A stretch of 32,000 bases of DNA from Erysipelotrichaceae bacterium OH741_COT-311 (GCA_003858585.1 RQZE01000001.1:120001-152000), one strand, 5' to 3'. Positions 11,538 through 20,173 are shown, counted from the stretch's first letter. Numbers and translations are program-made. Notes: a model not told the origin generated them from the letters alone.

Positions 11538-12733
11538 TATACAGTTTTTCTAATATTGGAAATCGCATTTTTCATAGCATCAGCTACTTCCTTCATCATA
11601 GGAACTGCTACAGAATTCCCAAATTGTCTATACATTTGTGTTCTAGAAACTGGAATAATAAAATCATCTGGAAATCCCATTAACCGTTTCAATTCAAGTT
11701 CACTAAATAGACGAACACCTGTATCGCCATCTTTTACGAATGTTCCTGTTAATCTCTGTATCTTATGATAACTTGCACAAAGTGTATTTACTTGTGTTTC
11801 TGAATCAAATCCAATAAGCTGAGGTCTTCCATCATCTTTTTTAAACAAATAACTTTCTTGTAAATGTTTTGATATAGAATATCCCTTAGGATTGTGTTCA
11901 AGAATAGAATTTACTGGTATTCTATGATTTCTGTCTCCCTCAGGAAACGAAAATTTTTCAATTCCAAGATCCTTCCTAAACCCTACAATAACGATACGCT
12001 CTCTTCGCTGAGGCAACCCAAAATCTTGTGCATCCAAAACCTTATAAAAAATAGAATAATCTAAATGGTTAAGATTATCCAATATTACTTTAAAAGTTCT
12101 GCCTCCATCATTTGTTAGTAAGCCCTTTACATTTTCTAACAAAAACATTTTAGGCATCTTCTTTTTTAGTATTCTTAAGACATCAAAAAACAAAGTCCCT
12201 TGAGTTTCATGAGCAAATCCCTGTCTTTTACCTATGTTACTAAACGGTTGGCATGGAAAGCCTGCTAATAAAACATCATGGTCTGGTATATCTTTTTCAT
12301 CTATTTTAGTTATATCACCAAAAGGAACTTCACCATAATTTGCCTCATAAGTTTTTGCAGCATACTTATCCCACTCAGAGCTAAACACACACTTTGTATT
12401 AGCATCTTCAAATCCTTTTCGAATTCCTCCAATTCCCGCAAATAAATCTATAAATGTTAGTTTGTCTGTATTATTCTCAAAAACTTTTTCGTTTTTTGCT
12501 CGTCTCTCTATTGGTTTCATATTTTCTGCTGCATTTGCTTTAAGTTGTTCCAACCCAGCACCAATTAATTCTACACATTTTTGACTAAATGTATTTGCAC
12601 CTTCAATATTTAATTGCATAATTTCTTCTATCTGATCTTCTGATAAGTATACATTACGCCCTTTTTTCTTATCAGAATTGGGAATAGATTTTCTTCCAGC
12701 CCCTTCTCTAAGTCCACCACGCATAGTTTTCAC
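11537..12733 (-). CDS. DNA (cytosine-5)-methyltransferase with a ~90-aa RHH-like N-terminal extension
   Basis: Motif I FIDLFAGIGG, IV GFPCQPFS, VI ENVKGL, VIII QRRERIVIVGF, X GNSVAVPMM. N-terminus: GGLREGAGRK...RNVYLSEDQIEEIMQL. The ORF track starts at GTG 12733; ATG 12724 (after GGAGAGG) is the more likely start. Confidence 0.95.
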   Translation of the reverse strand: MKTMRGGLREGAGRKSIPNSDKKKGRNVYLSEDQIEEIMQLNIEGANTFSQKCVELIGAGLEQLKANAAENMKPIERRAKNEKVFENNTDKLTFIDLFAGIGGIRKGFEDANTKCVFSSEWDKYAAKTYEANYGEVPFGDITKIDEKDIPDHDVLLAGFPCQPFSNIGKRQGFAHETQGTLFFDVLRILKKKMPKMFLLENVKGLLTNDGGRTFKVILDNLNHLDYSIFYKVLDAQDFGLPQRRERIVIVGFRKDLGIEKFSFPEGDRNHRIPVNSILEHNPKGYSISKHLQESYLFKKDDGRPQLIGFDSETQVNTLCASYHKIQRLTGTFVKDGDTGVRLFSELELKRLMGFPDDFIIPVSRTQMYRQFGNSVAVPMMKEVADAMKNAISNIRKTV

Positions 12734-12757
12734 TACCTCTCCTATAATCTTACGGAT

Positions 12758-12786
12758 ATTATACTATATTTTCATTGATTTTTCAA
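12758..12786 (-). promoter_or_regulatory. Near-consensus promoter of the methyltransferase gene
   Basis: Minus strand: TTGAAA (12786..12781), 17 nt, TATAAT (12763..12758). Confidence 0.65.
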
Positions 12787-12824
12787 GTTGTTTTATCAAT
12801 ATTCTCCCGTCCTATTTTCGTTTT

Positions 12825-12840
12825 ATTAGATGCATCTAAT
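12825..12840. promoter_or_regulatory. 16-bp perfect palindrome, candidate operator
   Basis: ATTAGATGCATCTAAT lies between the divergent MTase and XRE genes. It overlaps the -35 position of a plus-strand TATAAT at 12858..12863. Confidence 0.45.
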
Positions 12841-12908
12841 CCATTTTCCTCCCAAAATATAATAGAGAGTATTTTTTACTCTAAATATAAAAATGGAGGT
12901 AAAAACAT

Positions 12909-13265
12909 ATGATAATTGATTACTTACTCATTGGTATGAGGGTTCGTGAGATAAGGTTAAGTGCTAAGTTCACGCAGGAGATGCTTGCAGAACTATCGGA
13001 TTTATCACCAGTATATATATCAAACATTGAAAACAACAAGAAAAAGCCGAGTCTAGAATCTGTAGTAAAAATAGCAAATGCCCTTGGCATTACAGTAGAC
13101 GAACTGTTAACTGGAAATCTACTGTCTCACCCATCTGACTATCAGACAGATATCGATGCACTTATGTATGACTGTGACAAATATGAAAAGCGTTTATTTT
13201 ACGAAATTCTAAAGTTCACAAAGCATATCATCCGTTCCAACCAATGGTATATAGGTAAAAGATAA
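12909..13265 (+). CDS. XRE-family HTH transcriptional regulator
   Basis: 118 aa. HTH_3 core IREIRLSAKFTQEMLAELSDLSPVYISNIENNKKKPSLESVVKIANALGITVDELL, with GGAGG 9 nt upstream of the ATG. Confidence 0.85.
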   Translation: MIIDYLLIGMRVREIRLSAKFTQEMLAELSDLSPVYISNIENNKKKPSLESVVKIANALGITVDELLTGNLLSHPSDYQTDIDALMYDCDKYEKRLFYEILKFTKHIIRSNQWYIGKR

Positions 13266-13280
13266 GCCTATTTATCAAGA

Positions 13281-13327
13281 AACCATAAACCGGGGGATAG
13301 TCTCTTAACCTCTGGTTTATGGTTTTT
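13281..13327 (+). terminator. Hairpin with T-run after the XRE gene
   Basis: AACCATAAACC-N22-GGTTTATGGTT followed by TTT. An 11-bp stem with a large loop, sitting 55 nt upstream of the recombinase start. Confidence 0.5.
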
Positions 13328-13381
13328 CCATTATGAAAATAATATGATAAATATAAATTTCATAGGAAAGGAATCACGCTA

Positions 13382-15241
13382 ATGAACGAAAATGAAGTAA
13401 GACTTAAAACAACTGCAGACAAAAAACAAAAAATAAGAGAAAGGTATAAGGGAATCGACTTGGATAAACTTGATGTAATTCCAGCTGTTCCTGTAGAGGA
13501 TATTTTCAGCTTAACTGCGTCTAAAAGAGTTGCTGTCTATGCTAGGGTATCTACCGATGATCCAAACCAGACTTCATCCTATGAATTACAGAAAAATCAT
13601 TACACCGATATGATAAAAAGATACCCTAATTGGAGTCTTGTAGATATTTATGCTGATGAAGGAATCTCAGGTACTTCACTTCAGCATCGAAATTCTTTTA
13701 TGCGAATGATGGATGATTGTAATAATGGAAAAATAGACCTTATCGTAACAAAAAGTGTATCCAGATTTGCAAGAAATATAGTTGACTGTATTGATTATGT
13801 GAGAAAACTTAAGAATATGAATCCGCCTATAAGTATATTCTTTGAGTCAGAAAATCTTCATACTTTGGACTCTCATAGCGAAATGACCCTTGCCTTCATG
13901 GCCACCATCGCCCAAGAAGAAAGTCATACTAAAAGTGAAGTCATGAACTCATCCATAGAAATGCGTTTTAAGAGAGGCCTTTTCCTAACTCCCCCGCTAC
14001 TTGGTTATGACCATGATGAAGATAGAAACCTAGTCATAAATGAAGATGAAGCGAAAGTTGTCCGTCTCATCTTCTTTATGTACCTATACGGATATAGCTG
14101 TCAAATCATAGCAGAAACACTAACGCAATACGGATGTAAAACTAAAAAAGGAAATACAAGTTGGTCTTCCGGTAGCATCTTACAAATTCTTCAAAATGAA
14201 AGACACTGTGGTGATGTTCTTGCTAGAAAAACCTATACACCAAACTTCTTAGACCATAAATCCAAGAAAAACAAAAAGAACAGAAATCAGTATAGGCAAG
14301 TAGGTCATCATGAAAGTATCGTATCAAGAGATGACTTCATAGCTGTTCAGCATCTCATAAACAACTCAAAATATGGAAACAAGGGTATTCTCCCCTCTCT
14401 TCATGTTATAAAAGAAGGATCACTTCTCGGATTTGTATCTATCAATCCCAGATGGGCAGGATTTAAGCCCGAGGAGTACACTGAAGCCTGCTTATCAGCT
14501 TATGAAGAATTAGATGGGGAATATATCCAAAATAACAAGATAACTGCTCTAGAGGGCGATTTCGACCTTAGAGGATATGAAATAGCACATGGCCAGTTCT
14601 TCAATTCAAGTGGTCGAGCAGCAATCAATATTTCTTCAAGTGAGATTACCTTTTCTGCAGAAACTGTAAGAAAGTTTGGAGATATTTCTCATGTAGAACT
14701 TCTGATACATCCTGAAAAAATGATACTTGCTGTAAGAGCTTCTACCCCATCCAATAATCAAGCTGTTATATGGTCAAAAAAGAAAAATGGGAAAACACTA
14801 CCAAAGATTATTCGTGGCAAAGCATTTCTCCCTACCATATTCAGACTGTTAAACTGGAAAACAAAATGTAAATATAAAATGCTTGGCATCCTTCATGAAA
14901 AGGAGAATGAGAAAGTTCTCCTTTTTGACCTAAAAGACACGGAGATAATAATGCCCAGTTCTTTTGTAACACCATCAAAAGAAACCTCCATGAAACCTTT
15001 TACTTCCGATACAGGGCAGAAAGTACTTGCATATCCTGCAGACTGGAGTGAGGGTTTCGGCAAAAAATACTATAGCCATGCAAAAGAAAAGGAAATCGAA
15101 GAAGACGCTTTATCCGAATGGGATGTTACTACAGAAGGTTTGCCATATAAAGAACCGGAACTAAAGGTAACGGACAGAAATACCTTAGATAAAGAAATCA
15201 AAAATATCATGAGCGAAATGGAGGTTAATACTGATGCTTGA
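13382..15241 (+). CDS. Large serine recombinase (resolvase/invertase N-domain plus recombinase domain) with an atypical C-terminus
   Basis: 619 aa. Catalytic region RVAVYARVSTDDPNQTSSYELQ, then LIVTKSVSRFARN. Recombinase-domain motif LQNERHCGDVLARKTY. There is no CxxC pair anywhere, so no canonical zinc-ribbon domain. Confidence 0.92.
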   Translation: MNENEVRLKTTADKKQKIRERYKGIDLDKLDVIPAVPVEDIFSLTASKRVAVYARVSTDDPNQTSSYELQKNHYTDMIKRYPNWSLVDIYADEGISGTSLQHRNSFMRMMDDCNNGKIDLIVTKSVSRFARNIVDCIDYVRKLKNMNPPISIFFESENLHTLDSHSEMTLAFMATIAQEESHTKSEVMNSSIEMRFKRGLFLTPPLLGYDHDEDRNLVINEDEAKVVRLIFFMYLYGYSCQIIAETLTQYGCKTKKGNTSWSSGSILQILQNERHCGDVLARKTYTPNFLDHKSKKNKKNRNQYRQVGHHESIVSRDDFIAVQHLINNSKYGNKGILPSLHVIKEGSLLGFVSINPRWAGFKPEEYTEACLSAYEELDGEYIQNNKITALEGDFDLRGYEIAHGQFFNSSGRAAINISSSEITFSAETVRKFGDISHVELLIHPEKMILAVRASTPSNNQAVIWSKKKNGKTLPKIIRGKAFLPTIFRLLNWKTKCKYKMLGILHEKENEKVLLFDLKDTEIIMPSSFVTPSKETSMKPFTSDTGQKVLAYPADWSEGFGKKYYSHAKEKEIEEDALSEWDVTTEGLPYKEPELKVTDRNTLDKEIKNIMSEMEVNTDA

Positions 15242-15890
15242 GCAAACACTTCCGGAAAATATCGACAATAAAAAGAAACTTCCGAAAATAGAAGTAACTG
15301 AGACAGAATCTTTTAACTATGATGGATTTCAGGTAGTACGTGGAGAATTCTTCTCGCACATCTTTGAACCATCATTTACCCTAAATAAAAGCAAGGTTTC
15401 TGTAAATAAAGCGTGCATCCGCAAATTACCCGATATATAGTATGTTCAGATTCTTGTTAATTCTGCAGAAAAGAAACTGGCTGTAAGACCATGTCTTGAA
15501 GAGGAGAAAGACTCTGTGAAATGGTGCTCTTCCGGAGAAAAGAAAAACCCCAAACAAATAACCTGCAGAATCTTCTATGCCAAAGTTATAGAGCTGATGG
15601 GTTGGAATCCTGACAACAGATATAAACTGCTTGGAAAACTAATGAAATCAAATGATGAGTACCTTTTTATCTTTGATTTAAATAACCCTGAAATATATAA
15701 GCCAAAGGTAAGAAACGATGGTAAATCTGTTATATCAAGAACACCCTCCTACCCTTCAAGCTGGCAAAATCAATTCGGTGTTACAGTTGAAGAACATAAA
15801 AAGAATCTACAAGTAAATATATTTGATGGGGTTGCTGTATTTGGAATTTTAGAAAATAGCAATGAAGCACCATCAGGAAGCGAGGTATAA
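15234..15890 (+). pseudogene. Paralog of the recombinase C-terminal domain, interrupted by one in-frame TAG (15438..15440)
   Basis: ORF-track entries 15234..15440 and 15516..15890 share a frame with no other stop between them. The start overlaps the recombinase stop (ATGCTTGA). The joined product aligns with recombinase residues ~395-530. Confidence 0.6.
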
Positions 15891-15891
15891 C

Positions 15892-16263
15892 ATGAATGCT
15901 TATGAAAATCAAAAGCCTATTGTATGTATAGATCTGAAGAAAGACAGGATCAGAATTCACAAAACCACTCTTCATATGATTGGCGATCCTTCTTTTATAA
16001 ATCTTTTAGTAAATCCTAAAGAGAAACTTATCGCTATAAAAAAATCCTCTGCTAAAGACAAATCAGCACTTAGGATAAGAAGTAACCAATTAGATGATGG
16101 AAACTGTGTGGAATTCGGATGCAGAGACCTTATTTTACTTCTAAAGGATATAGATAATTCATGGCAAATAAACTCCTCTTATAGAATATATGGAAAATAT
16201 AACAAAGGAGAATGCTTGGCACAGTTCTCTATAAAAGATTCCATACCAACGGAGGAAATATAA
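15892..16263 (+). CDS. Second free-standing paralog of the recombinase C-terminal domain
   Basis: I prefer ATG 15892 (GAGG 6 nt upstream, one nt after the previous stop) over the ORF-track start at 15862. GDPSFINLLVNPKEKLIAIKKS aligns with GDISHVELLIHPEKMILAVRAS of the recombinase. Confidence 0.65.
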   Translation: MNAYENQKPIVCIDLKKDRIRIHKTTLHMIGDPSFINLLVNPKEKLIAIKKSSAKDKSALRIRSNQLDDGNCVEFGCRDLILLLKDIDNSWQINSSYRIYGKYNKGECLAQFSIKDSIPTEEI

Positions 16264-16267
16264 TCCT

Positions 16268-17206
16268 ATGAATAATGTAGAATGGAATTTACCAAAACTG
16301 GAAAAAGATGAAGAATTCATGTTTCTCATACAGCCTTGCTCAGAATCTGCTTATACAAAACTTGAGGAAAGTATCGTTGATGATGGCTGCCTATCTCCAA
16401 TCACTATATGGAATGGAATTATAGTTGACGGTCATAAAAGATATGATATTTGTAAAATATGGGGTATCCCCTTTAACTTAAAACAAATACAGGCATCTAC
16501 AAAGGCAGACGTATATTATCAGATATGTTCTGAACAGCTAAAACGGGAAGACCTCACACGAGAAATGCGTAAATATCTCATAGGAAGATCCTATCAAGCT
16601 GAGGTTAAAAAGAACGCAAATTTATATGTGCGTTCTAACGAAATGAAAGATAGCAAAAGTCATCCCTTTATTCCTCCTAAAGCCTACAACAAACAAGAAA
16701 TATCCCATAAGATTGGAAATACATTTCATATAGCACCCGGCACAGTTTTTAAATATGAAACCTATACCAAAATAATAAATAGTCTAAGAGACAAAGACCT
16801 TAACTTAGCAGAAAATATACTATCTGGTAAAATACGAGTTTCTCATGAAAATATGGTAGAACTTAATAGACTTCCTTCTCATGAAGTAAAAAGTCTAAAT
16901 CAATATATCACTGAAAATGGTATTGCACATATAAATTATGCTGTAATAAGGCAGTCACTTAAATGGAAATATACTTATACGGAAAAGTCTGAATCCCGAA
17001 GAAGAAAACAGGAGTCATCAAAGCTTGCTGCAATAAAAAAGATGCCTGCATATGATCCTGAGCCAATCTATCAAGTGTTTCTTTCACCTCCCCATCTTGG
17101 CGAAGTATTATTGACCGAGCAAGGCTTAATACAGATTTTTCAAAGGCATCTAAAAATATTAAAGAGAAAACACTATATCAGCTTAGACTACTTAAGTTGT
17201 CGATAA
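16268..17206 (+). CDS. ParB/Srx-superfamily N-terminal domain protein
   Basis: 312 aa. DGCLSPITIWNGIIVDGHKRYDICKIWG matches the ParB-like GxxxP(I/V)xV...DGhxR core. The remainder is helical and basic. Confidence 0.7.
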   Translation: MNNVEWNLPKLEKDEEFMFLIQPCSESAYTKLEESIVDDGCLSPITIWNGIIVDGHKRYDICKIWGIPFNLKQIQASTKADVYYQICSEQLKREDLTREMRKYLIGRSYQAEVKKNANLYVRSNEMKDSKSHPFIPPKAYNKQEISHKIGNTFHIAPGTVFKYETYTKIINSLRDKDLNLAENILSGKIRVSHENMVELNRLPSHEVKSLNQYITENGIAHINYAVIRQSLKWKYTYTEKSESRRRKQESSKLAAIKKMPAYDPEPIYQVFLSPPHLGEVLLTEQGLIQIFQRHLKILKRKHYISLDYLSCR

Positions 17207-17242
17207 AAGAATTAGAAGATGTTATAAAGGAGGATACTACAA

Positions 17243-18100
17243 ATGGAAGACCTACTGAATTATGTGCCGAATGTTCACTTCGAACAGATACCAATAAAGA
17301 ACCTGGTTTCTAACCAAAATTATCAAAGGAATTTATCCACTAGGCACGTTCAACGAGCCGCTGCTAACTTTGACTTATATCAGGTAAATCCTGTAAAAGT
17401 AAGCCGTAGAGATGGAATAAATTATGTCTTTAATGGTCAACACACCATAGAAATTATTGCCCTTGTTTCAGGTTCTAGAGAAACTCCTGTATGGTGCATG
17501 ATATATGATGAGCTGGAGTATACCGAAGAAGCTGATATTTTTGCAAACCAAATGAAATATGTAAAGCCACTACTGCCCTATGAAACTTTTATAGCAAGTA
17601 TAGAGGCTGGAAGTGATAAGCATCTCATCATTCAGGATTTAGTCGAATCCTATAACCTTACTCTATCATCAGCCAAAATACCCGGTGGCATCTGTGCTAT
17701 TTCCACTTTAGAAACAATATATGATAAACATGGCTTTCATGTCTTAGACCATGTCCTAAGGCTCCTAATTGGCACTTGGGAGGGTGAACCTAATTCCCTT
17801 AGTGCAAATATGCTAAATGGTGTAGCAAGACTTGTGGTGGCTTATGGAGACCAAATAAAGGATACCATTTTTAAAGAAAGACTTGGCAGAGTATCCATCA
17901 AAACTCTAAGTCAGACCGCCAAAGACAGACGTGTTGGCTCTCTTGGCTATGCTGAAGCTATCCTCATTTTTTATAACAAACGTTCCAAAGTTCATCTCAC
18001 TTGGGATAAGCTATATGCAAAAAAGACTCCGAGGAAAAACAAGGCTGAAGATTTGATGGAATATGAACCACCTGATGATTCTGATGATGAAACCATCTAG
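17243..18100 (+). CDS. Second ParB-like / DGQHR-like domain protein
   Basis: 285 aa. IPIKNLVSNQNYQRNLSTRHVQRAAANFDLYQVNPVKVSRRDGINYVFNGQHT resembles ParB/DndB-type DGQHR cores. Acidic C-terminal tail, with AAGGAGG as RBS. Confidence 0.6.
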   Translation: MEDLLNYVPNVHFEQIPIKNLVSNQNYQRNLSTRHVQRAAANFDLYQVNPVKVSRRDGINYVFNGQHTIEIIALVSGSRETPVWCMIYDELEYTEEADIFANQMKYVKPLLPYETFIASIEAGSDKHLIIQDLVESYNLTLSSAKIPGGICAISTLETIYDKHGFHVLDHVLRLLIGTWEGEPNSLSANMLNGVARLVVAYGDQIKDTIFKERLGRVSIKTLSQTAKDRRVGSLGYAEAILIFYNKRSKVHLTWDKLYAKKTPRKNKAEDLMEYEPPDDSDDETI

Positions 18101-18122
18101 TATAGTTAAATATGTAATAATA

Positions 18123-18160
18123 AAATAACAGGGATTATTTTTTCTATTCCCCTGTTATTT
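18123..18160. terminator. Bidirectional terminator between convergent operons
   Basis: AAATAACAGGG-N16-CCCTGTTATTT, lying between the stop at 18100 (+) and the stop at 18166 (-). Confidence 0.7.
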
Positions 18161-18165
18161 TATCG

Positions 18166-19149
18166 TTATTCGTTATTCATTCTTTGTTTGGAAATTTCAC
18201 TAGCTTCATGAATCGTATCAGCAGTCAATAATGTATCAAGCATTGCCCATTTGCGACCAGATGCGTATATGTTTCCTGTCTTAACGACTTTTGATGGTAT
18301 AATTGGTTTCCCAAGGCTGTACACAAAATGCTCATATTTATCTTCCACATTAGGCATTTCCTCAATCTCATCATGAAGATTTTTTACTATCGAATAGCTT
18401 TCAATATGATAAATTGACTGTAATCTTCCTCCATACCGAAAACCTATATAATTAGGTGGTTCTTTAGGCCAACCATTAATTCCAAATGGGTGAAAATATT
18501 TCATTTTCTTTTCTACTAATTCTATCCATGTCAGATCACAATTTTCTGGTTTTGCAGTTGAAAGTGAAACCACATATACCCAATTTGATTCTTTTGCCTG
18601 CATAGTCATTATTCCTCCCAAATATCTCATTAATTCTTTTAACAAATTTTTTTGTGATATACTAGAACCAACTTTTGCATAATTTGCTAGTTCATATATT
18701 CTCTTCCAGGACAAATGATTTACTGGAATATCATTTATAACCTTAAAAGGCAAATATGCATTTACATAATCTTCACTACACTCTGACATTGAAATAATAG
18801 CTTTATATGAGACTGGACTTTCTATAATATTTCGTCTTTGTGAATATAAAGCAAGTTGCTCAGCACCTGGTAAAATCCAGCCCCTTTTGGCTTCAATAAT
18901 TATATAAAATGAAGTATCATCAGTTATTTCCAAATCCGTTATACCTTTATTCTTCTCAAATTCCTGGTACTTAATCCTAACATTTTGTGTATTAATCTCT
19001 AACGACATCACTTCATTGATTACTGCTTTAAGAAATTCGGGACAGCGTGCTAATGCCCAAGCAATACTTTTAGTTATGTCATTCTCAAGATTTCCTATTA
19101 ACTGAAAAACACTACTTACTTCAGTTCCATATGCAACTAACTCTGACAT
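18166..19149 (-). CDS. PD-(D/E)XK-fold nuclease-like protein with an unassigned C-terminal domain
   Basis: 327 aa. GITD72LEITDDTSFYIIIE86AK88RGW gives D-X13-E-x-K. C-terminal ~140 aa: YFHPFGINGWPKEPPNYIGFRYGGRLQSIYHIESY, with no family I can name. Strong RBS GGAGAAGGAGAT. Confidence 0.6.
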   Translation of the reverse strand: MSELVAYGTEVSSVFQLIGNLENDITKSIAWALARCPEFLKAVINEVMSLEINTQNVRIKYQEFEKNKGITDLEITDDTSFYIIIEAKRGWILPGAEQLALYSQRRNIIESPVSYKAIISMSECSEDYVNAYLPFKVINDIPVNHLSWKRIYELANYAKVGSSISQKNLLKELMRYLGGIMTMQAKESNWVYVVSLSTAKPENCDLTWIELVEKKMKYFHPFGINGWPKEPPNYIGFRYGGRLQSIYHIESYSIVKNLHDEIEEMPNVEDKYEHFVYSLGKPIIPSKVVKTGNIYASGRKWAMLDTLLTADTIHEASEISKQRMNNE

Positions 19150-19172
19150 ATCTCCTTCTCCTTGAATACCTC

Positions 19173-19685
19173 TTAAAGCTTGGGCTTTGGCAAATCAATA
19201 TCAAATTTACCACCTAACGCTGCGGCACCTAATCCTACGATTGAAATCACAGCTACTGTCCCTGCACCTATAACTTTCCAATAAAACGCTTTATTTTCAC
19301 TATCTTTCTTTTCTGCCATCCGAGCAATTTCCATCATATTATCCAAATAATATTTTTTCTCTTCAAAAGAAATCTCCTCTTGAGAAACACATTTTTCTAG
19401 TGCGGAAAGTACCTTGTCATATAAATTAAAACAATCTTTGCTACTTTCTTTGCTTGCATCTAATGTTTTCTCTAAAACTGTTCTATATTCCTTAAAAGCT
19501 TCTAATGACATCTTCGCAAATTCAGGGAACTGTTCAATTGCTTTTTTTGCAACTTCTGGATCCATATTTTGTAGCATTGATGCGAAGTTAATAACTTTAT
19601 CTTTAGTCATATGCCTAAAATCTGGTATATCTAATTGCTTTAATACTTCCACTTCACTAAGTTGTTTACTCATATTCTTCCTCAC
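19173..19685 (-). CDS. Helical protein with a single C-terminal transmembrane anchor
   Basis: 170 aa from GTG. The likely real start is ATG 19673 (GAGGA upstream), overlapping the upstream stop as ATGAGTAA. The TM segment is FYWKVIGAGTVAVISIVGLGAAALGG near the C-terminus; the rest is charged and helical. Confidence 0.6.
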   Translation of the reverse strand: MRKNMSKQLSEVEVLKQLDIPDFRHMTKDKVINFASMLQNMDPEVAKKAIEQFPEFAKMSLEAFKEYRTVLEKTLDASKESSKDCFNLYDKVLSALEKCVSQEEISFEEKKYYLDNMMEIARMAEKKDSENKAFYWKVIGAGTVAVISIVGLGAAALGGKFDIDLPKPKL

Positions 19686-20148
19686 CTTCTATAGGATTTA
19701 CATTAATTTCTTCAAAATTAAATGCCCCCATTGGATATTCGCTTATGTATCCTGAAACACGAAATTGTCTACCACAATTTTTGCAGTAATTATCTTCTGT
19801 ATCAAATTCATATATGGTTTCTGGACCCATTTGCCTCTCATAGGAACTTTCATCACATTCATCAACTAAATCTATTTTATTTTTACTTGAACAATATGGG
19901 CAGTCAACAATACGTTCCAAACTAATACCTTCAGCATATTCTTCATAATAAGAGTCTTGATTTTCATTCATATCAAACTCTCTCATCCTGAGCATACCAT
20001 ATGCTTCTTTCAAAGCTGCACGAAAAACATCTGATTTATTTTTTAATTCTTTTCTATCACATACATACTGCAACATCTGTTCTTCTTCATCATTAACCCG
20101 AACACGATACATTTTGTCTCTAGCATCATCTATTTTAGGTCTCGCCAT
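19666..20148 (-). CDS. Ribbon-helix-helix (CopG/MobC-like) N-domain fused to a CxxC...CxxC zinc ribbon
   Basis: 160 aa. RPKIDDARDKMYRVRVNDEEEQMLQYVCDRKELKNKSDVFRAALKEAY has the RHH pattern. The zinc ribbon is CPYC-X41-CKNC. Acidic tail, with AGGAG 10 nt upstream. Confidence 0.65.
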   Translation of the reverse strand: MARPKIDDARDKMYRVRVNDEEEQMLQYVCDRKELKNKSDVFRAALKEAYGMLRMREFDMNENQDSYYEEYAEGISLERIVDCPYCSSKNKIDLVDECDESSYERQMGPETIYEFDTEDNYCKNCGRQFRVSGYISEYPMGAFNFEEINVNPIEGEEEYE

Positions 20149-20173
20149 TGTAACAAACTCCTTTCTTTATTAT

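Noticed and set aside
15438-15440. Programmed TAG recoding (for example pyrrolysine or suppression) as the explanation for the in-frame stop.
   Set aside because: There is no pyl gene or other evidence in the window. TAG is used as a normal stop elsewhere here (grpE, the MTase and the HTH gene). A simple nonsense mutation of a Ser codon explains it.
17059-17313. An alternative frame at the 3' end of the first ParB-like gene stays open for 83 codons (ANLSSVSFTSPSWRSIIDRARLNTDFSKASKNIKEKTLYQLRLLKLSIKELEDVIKE...) and reads more protein-like than the annotated tail. This suggested a frameshift near 17060.
   Set aside because: That frame begins with a TGA at 17059, has no start, and would run 70 nt into the next gene. 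The annotated frame stops tidily 36 nt before the next RBS, and open shadow frames of this length are common here. It is worth a glance at read data or orthologs, but I cannot support a frameshift call.
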